DNA of 63,474 bases, the filler included, from Nitrospinota bacterium (lineage in GTDB: Bacteria > JADFOP01), in assembly GCA_022562795.1 (NCBI GenBank). It is 4 parts of 4 records of this genome, joined end to end, with 100 filler letters (N's around TTAATTAATTAA, not from the genome) between each part and the next. Parts side by side here need not be neighbours in the genome. Positions count along the whole stretch, not along the records: positions 58,459 to 63,474 come from JADFOP010000070.1; 3 more parts are not named here. One strand, given 5' to 3'. A model generated the notes under the pieces. The model saw nothing but the letters and a program-made list of their open reading frames with translations, did no database searches and was not told the DNA's origin. Made by a program: the position numbers and the translations under genes. This document shows positions 59,623-63,474 of this stretch, one piece after another; position 1 is the first letter of the stretch, and the number at the start of each line of letters is the position of its first letter.

Positions 59623-60410
59623 TGATTATTACGCCCCACGAGGGCTCCCTGCTGCTCGTCTTCCAGCACGACCACGCCCTCCTCGCAGGCCGTCTCGCTT
59701 CCGCATGGCGGGCTGAGTTCATCGCCCACCACGACCGGCGGGGCGAAGTCCTCGAGGCCGTGGCCCACCACGACGCCGGGTGGCGGGAGGCAGACGCCCG
59801 GGGCGTTTTCGATACATCCACGGGGCGGCCCGCCTCCGTCCTGAGCCTGCCGCTTAAAGCCTATCCGCCCATCTGGGGCTCATCCATCGAGCAGGCGGCC
59901 CGCCGGGGGCCCCTGGCCGGATACCTTGTGGCCCGCCATTCCGCGGCCCTGGCGGGGATGGGCCGTCCGTCCGAGATCGACCCCGAAGGCCAGGCCGCCC
60001 TTCAGGCATTCAAGGAGGAGGCCGACCGCACCATCGCGCGGCTCGCCGAGGGTATTTCATCTCCGCCCATCTCACCCCCCTACCCCCTGGCCGATACGGC
60101 CCTGGAGAACGACTTCCGCTTCCTCCAGCTGAACGACATCCTCTCTCTGGCCCTCTGCGGCGGCCACGCGGAGCCGCGGCTCCTCACCTTCCTCCGGGCC
60201 TCCACCCTCGGCGGGAAGCCCCTGGAGGCGGAGATGCCCGATCCTTTTTCGCTTCGCCTCGCGCCGTGGGTCTTCGAGCCTGACCGGCTCGAAGAAAAAA
60301 TCGCTGTCAGGACAATCCCCGACAGGGCCTACCCCGACCAGGAGGCCCTTTCGGACGCCATCGCGCAGGCGGGCGTCGTCGAGCAGCCTATCCTTATAAA
60401 GCCGCTCTAA
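59622..60410 (+). CDS. DUF3891 family protein (HD-like His/Asp motifs)
   Basis: MII......L..Q.DHA.LAG.LA..W, A..HHDAGW...D, YLVARH, LQ..D.LSL.LC. Confidence 0.8.
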   Translation: MIITPHEGSLLLVFQHDHALLAGRLASAWRAEFIAHHDRRGEVLEAVAHHDAGWREADARGVFDTSTGRPASVLSLPLKAYPPIWGSSIEQAARRGPLAGYLVARHSAALAGMGRPSEIDPEGQAALQAFKEEADRTIARLAEGISSPPISPPYPLADTALENDFRFLQLNDILSLALCGGHAEPRLLTFLRASTLGGKPLEAEMPDPFSLRLAPWVFEPDRLEEKIAVRTIPDRAYPDQEALSDAIAQAGVVEQPILIKPL

Positions 60411-60507
60411 TGGCCGGACCCCGCCCCTGGGGGCGAGACGGGCACCTTGCCATTGAATTTGAAGGAGATAGAGGGAAGGCGTCTAATTCACAATCTTGCT
60501 TATTTTA

Positions 60508-63000
<2,493 letters not shown>

Positions 63001-63225
63001 GAACATCGTGAATGTCAGCACGCCGATGGCCACGAGGATGGCGCACAGCTCCCATATCCCGAAGGACACGCGGGCGTCACCGGTGAGCTGGTCGAATATC
63101 TCGCGCTGAATGAGCCCAACAGCGTTCTCCAGCACGACCATCCAGAAGACGACCAGTAGCAGCTCGCCCAGTAGCGGCCACTTAAGGGCCCAGAAGACTC
63201 GCAGCAGGTACCGCCAGGTACTCAT
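63001..63225 (-). CDS. N-terminal transmembrane fragment of an ABC exporter, joined in frame to secA
   Basis: MSTWRYLLR...[13 protein letters not shown]..; ATGA-coupled to an upstream ABC ATPase gene, as in heterodimeric exporter pairs. Confidence 0.65.
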
Positions 63226-63474
63226 GCCAGCACCTCGCCAATGTCGGTCTTCAGTAGCTTGTGGAATCGGGCCTTCGGGTCCTCTGCCAGTCGCGAACGC
63301 GCGCCGTGCTCAACGATTCGCCCGCCCTCCAGGATCATGATCTCGTCGCAGCGATCCAGGGTCGCCAGCCGGTGCGCGATGACGATGACCGTGCGGCCCT
63401 CGACCAGCCGGTCCACGGCCCGCTCGATGAGCTGCTCGGTGACAGGGTCGATCCGCGAGGACGCTTCGTCGAGG
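63222..63474 (-). CDS. ABC exporter ATP-binding domain, C-terminal fragment
   Basis: [28 protein letters not shown]. Confidence 0.9.
   Translation of the reverse strand, partial: LDEASSRIDPVTEQLIERAVDRLVEGRTVIVIAHRLATLDRCDEIMILEGGRIVEHGARSRLAEDPKARFHKLLKTDIGEVLA

Overview
Four contigs (1-26183, 26284-52053, 52154-58358, 58459-63474) joined by 100-nt N-TTAATTAATTAA-N spacers, from a high-GC diderm bacterium. The gene order resembles Nitrospinota or deltaproteobacterial lineages (weak inference). Housekeeping content: molybdenum-cofactor genes (moeA fragment, moaB, fused moaD-moaE, moaC, moaA), engB, recG, mrp, mqnD, dprA, a dcw cluster from mraZ to ftsZ lacking ddl and carrying two extra ORFs, rnpB, rnhA, a CAU-anticodon tRNA, livMGF-like genes and secA. 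The main signal is selenium use. Two genes missed or truncated by the ORF track read through an in-frame TGA at a U-x-x-C redox motif: a glutaredoxin (5398-5652) and an AhpC/Prx-like protein (7515-7991). Each TGA is followed by a SECIS-like hairpin with the same AGUU loop. Both lie in a redox cluster next to the Moco genes and a MOSC protein. A senA-senB selenoneine pair lies on a separate contig. Two Asp-rich, probably exported genes have the same TCCGCCTNAGGCGGA/REP-like palindromes nearby. Several contig ends carry in-frame chimeras (moeA::valS, dprA::istB, ABC::secA, integrase/nitroreductase) that are most likely assembly artefacts. All family assignments come from motif recognition by eye; no searches were run.
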